Below, in pieces: positions 61,598 through 64,000 of a DNA stretch of 64,000 nt (within the stretch, counting starts at the first letter, position 1; every line of letters begins with the position of its first letter). Below the pieces are notes generated by a model. That model was not told the origin of the DNA and made no database searches. It saw only the letters and a list, made by a program, of their open reading frames with translations. Both the position numbers and the translations under genes were made by a program. The stretch comes from Harriotta raleighana (lineage: Eukaryota): positions 3,534,924-3,598,923 of the forward strand of contig JBNZDD010013654.1 of assembly GCA_050575255.1 (NCBI GenBank). The letters are read 5' to 3'.

Positions 61598-62540
61598 AAT
61601 CATAGAATCATAGAATCTTACGACACAAAAAGAGGCCATTTGGCCCATCAAGTCTGTGCGGGCTCTTTGAAAAGAGCTATTCAATCCCACTCCCCAGCTC
61701 TCTCCCCATAACGGCACAAACCCGTCCTCCCTAAATAAGGACGGGTTTGTGCCGTTATGGGGGGAGAGCTGTGGAGTGGGATTGAATAGCTCTATTAAAA
61801 GTTATTTACCCCTCTTTTAAAAGTTATAATTGAATCGGCCTCCGCCACCTTTTCAGGCAATGCATTCCAGATTCAAACAAATCGCTGAATGAAAAAATTT
61901 CTCCTCACCTCCCCTCTGCTTCTTTTTGAAACAATTTAAAATTTGTGAGCACGAGTCACTTATACATCCACCAGTGGATGCTTTTTCCCTGTTTACTCTG
62001 TCGAATCCCTTCATGATCTTAAAAACCTCCATTAAGTCTCCTCACAACCTTCTCTGCTTCAATGAGAATAAATCTAGCCTTTCCTCATAACTGAAGTCCC
62101 TCATTCCTGGTACCATCCTGATAAATCTCCTCTGTACCCTTTCCAATGGCTTAACATCCTCCCTAAAGTGTGGTGACCAGAATTGAACACAGTACTCCAG
62201 CTGAGGCCTAATCAAAGTTTTATAGACATTAGTCAGAATTTCCTAACTTTTTTACTCTATGCCCCTATTTATAAAGCCTGGTATCCCTTATGCTTTATTA
62301 ACAGTCTTGTCCACCTGTCCTGCCACCTTAAAAGAATCACTTACACAAACCCCCAGGTCTCTCTACTCCTTCACACCCCTTAAAATTGTACTAGCTAGCC
62401 TATTGCCTCCTCTCATTTCTCCTCCCAAAATGCATCACCTCACATTTCTCTACATTAAATTTCATCTGCCATGTGTCTGCCCATTTTACTAATCTGTCTA
62501 TATCTTCTTGCAGATGGCTACTATCTCCTCTCTCCTCACA
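61598..62540 (-). mobile_element. CR1 LINE 3' ~940 bp
   Basis: LQEDIDRLVKWADTWQMKFNVEKCEVMHFGRRN; (CATAGAAT)2 terminus. Confidence 0.93.
61673..61793. repeat. Long inverted repeat: 56-bp arms, 9-nt loop, 2 mismatches
   Basis: 61673-61728 is the reverse complement of 61738-61793. Confidence 0.95.
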
Positions 62541-62984
62541 GCAGTACCCACACCTCTGCTCTACTGGGTCTAGGCTCCTCCTTGTCCCCCAAATCCTAAG
62601 CTTCACTTTTGGTTGCTGTGTTTTCAGCCACGACACCCCAAACCTTTGGAATTACCATTCCTCAACCCCTCCGCCTCACCCCTCCTTCCCCATCTTCAGG
62701 TTGTGCCTGAAGACCTTCCGTTGTTTAAGATCACATCTGTTTGGGAGTTGAATTTAATGAACTAAAAACTAAATGAATATTGAAAAACTGTACAGTTTAA
62801 GTTGTGTCAAATTTAAAAATTGTTGTTGTGGCTTAAACCTGTTCATCCTACTGTTTTGTAACTTGTGCTGAGTGAGCAGCTGAGGAGGCAAGGGTGGCAA
62901 AAAGCACATTCAAAAACACAGAACAAATATGAGCAATACACTAGTTATGCTAATTGCCAAGCAATGTGTTTCATTTGATGGGAT

Positions 62985-63102
62985 ATTGTTGTAATATTGA
63001 TCCTTGCATTTGATACAGACTATACTGTGAAGCAAATTGACTGAATATTTGTGGGCCAAATGCGAGAACCAATTGTGCACTGCAGTAGTCCACAAACAGT
63101 CA
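62985..63102 (-). mobile_element. SINE 3' part
   Basis: atccttgcatttgata...attgactgaatatttgtggg...ccacaaacagtc. Confidence 0.7.
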
Positions 63103-63723
63103 AGAGAAAGTGTGCAACTCCCCTCTGAAAAAGTTGAAAATAAAAAACACTCTTTTTCCCAGATCCGAGCTTGGAAGAAATCTATTAGGAATCAGATCTT
63201 TCACTGCCCCAAAAATAAAGAATATCAAATGGAGCCTTATTAAAGGTGTTGTTAATTTTTCCAAAAGGCAAGAAAATAGAAGAGGTTTTTATTTTATGAT
63301 TAAATTGACTTGATGTGTGAGGGAAAATAATTGCCTATCCACTCATAATGGTTAGAGTCTGAAGAATTGATTGTTTATAATGGAGCTCTGAAATTTCTCA
63401 TCTGCTTATATCATCATATAGGCTATTATTATGTTGTCAATATCCTGGCTAATGCCCATCCAACATGTAAATAAGGGACCCCCATCCATCCTTTGTTTCA
63501 TCATTGCCATATTACATGAATTTCATTTCATACATCACAGTTAATCGGATATATATTGTATACATAATTGGAATGAACATGCTGCACTGCTCGAGAGCTG
63601 CTCAGTGAACTCTCACCCCTATAGATAGCCACCCCATAAATCAATTAATTCCCTTTTCCAAATTATTTTGTTTCTCTAAACAGATTTGGTTTCTCTGTCC
63701 ATAGAGACACATATGCCTATACA

Positions 63724-63968
63724 TCAATAATAAAAAAATTACATTTGTGTAGCGCCTTTCACATTGGGTGGATGTCCTAAGGCATTGGACAGTCAGTCTT
63801 TCAACCTGAGTAGGAGTAGGGATTGGGGAGGGTGGAGTTCAATGGGGATGAATTGAACAGTCGAAGAGGAGGGTCTCAAGGCAGTACTTGAAGAAGGGTA
63901 GGGAGGGGGTGAGGCAGACGATTTGTGGGATAGAACTCCAAAGGTTGGGGGCTGAGTGGTTGAAGGCT
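63724..63968 (-). mobile_element. L2 3' fragment
   Basis: aaattacatttgtgtagcgcctttcacattggg...gaagaggagggtctcaagg. Confidence 0.85.
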
Positions 63969-64000
63969 TAAACAAATCTTAACAAACAGATTGCCAGTTA

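Larger units (their letters stand above)
61465..62722 (+). mobile_element. L2 fragment (61465-61597 and about 62540-62722) split by a CR1 insertion
   Basis: ITPVLTKLHWLPVTQWIDIKIL before the CR1; FGCCVFSHDTPNLWN...FRLCLKTF after it. Confidence 0.75.

Noticed and set aside
1-64000. CRISPR-like or prokaryotic defence system
   Set aside because: The recurring short repeats are dispersed retroelement tails in both orientations, not regularly spaced arrays; no operon-like coding density

Overview
This is vertebrate nuclear DNA, not prokaryotic. The repeat complement points to a cartilaginous fish, probably a holocephalan (chimaera); that assignment is an inference. I can support no intact host protein-coding gene, rRNA, true tRNA gene or CRISPR array, so the window reads as a large intron or gene desert. 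It is packed with decayed mobile elements: 5'-truncated L2 LINEs with (GTT)n tails, CR1 LINE 3' fragments, about 20 copies of a tRNA-headed Deu-type SINE with (ATT)n tails, TA-flanked Tigger/pogo-like MITEs, Penelope-like fragments, and fossil Harbinger and RTE-like pieces. AT-rich unique stretches lie between them, some with enhancer-like motif clusters. The ORF-track entries I could place are LINE remnants, microsatellites or chance ORFs. Four tandem duplications split by a single n look like assembly artefacts. The best leads are: a 56-bp template-switch hairpin inside a CR1 (61673-61793), a SINE domain-loss series, a covarying 3' stem-loop shared by L2 and SINE, MER121-like and AmnSINE2-like ancient repeats, a fossil Harbinger transposase, and a candidate 15-nt microexon. 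I found no demonstrable new biological system. Repeat boundaries are read by eye (about +/-20 bp), and family names come from remembered consensus sequences, not database searches.
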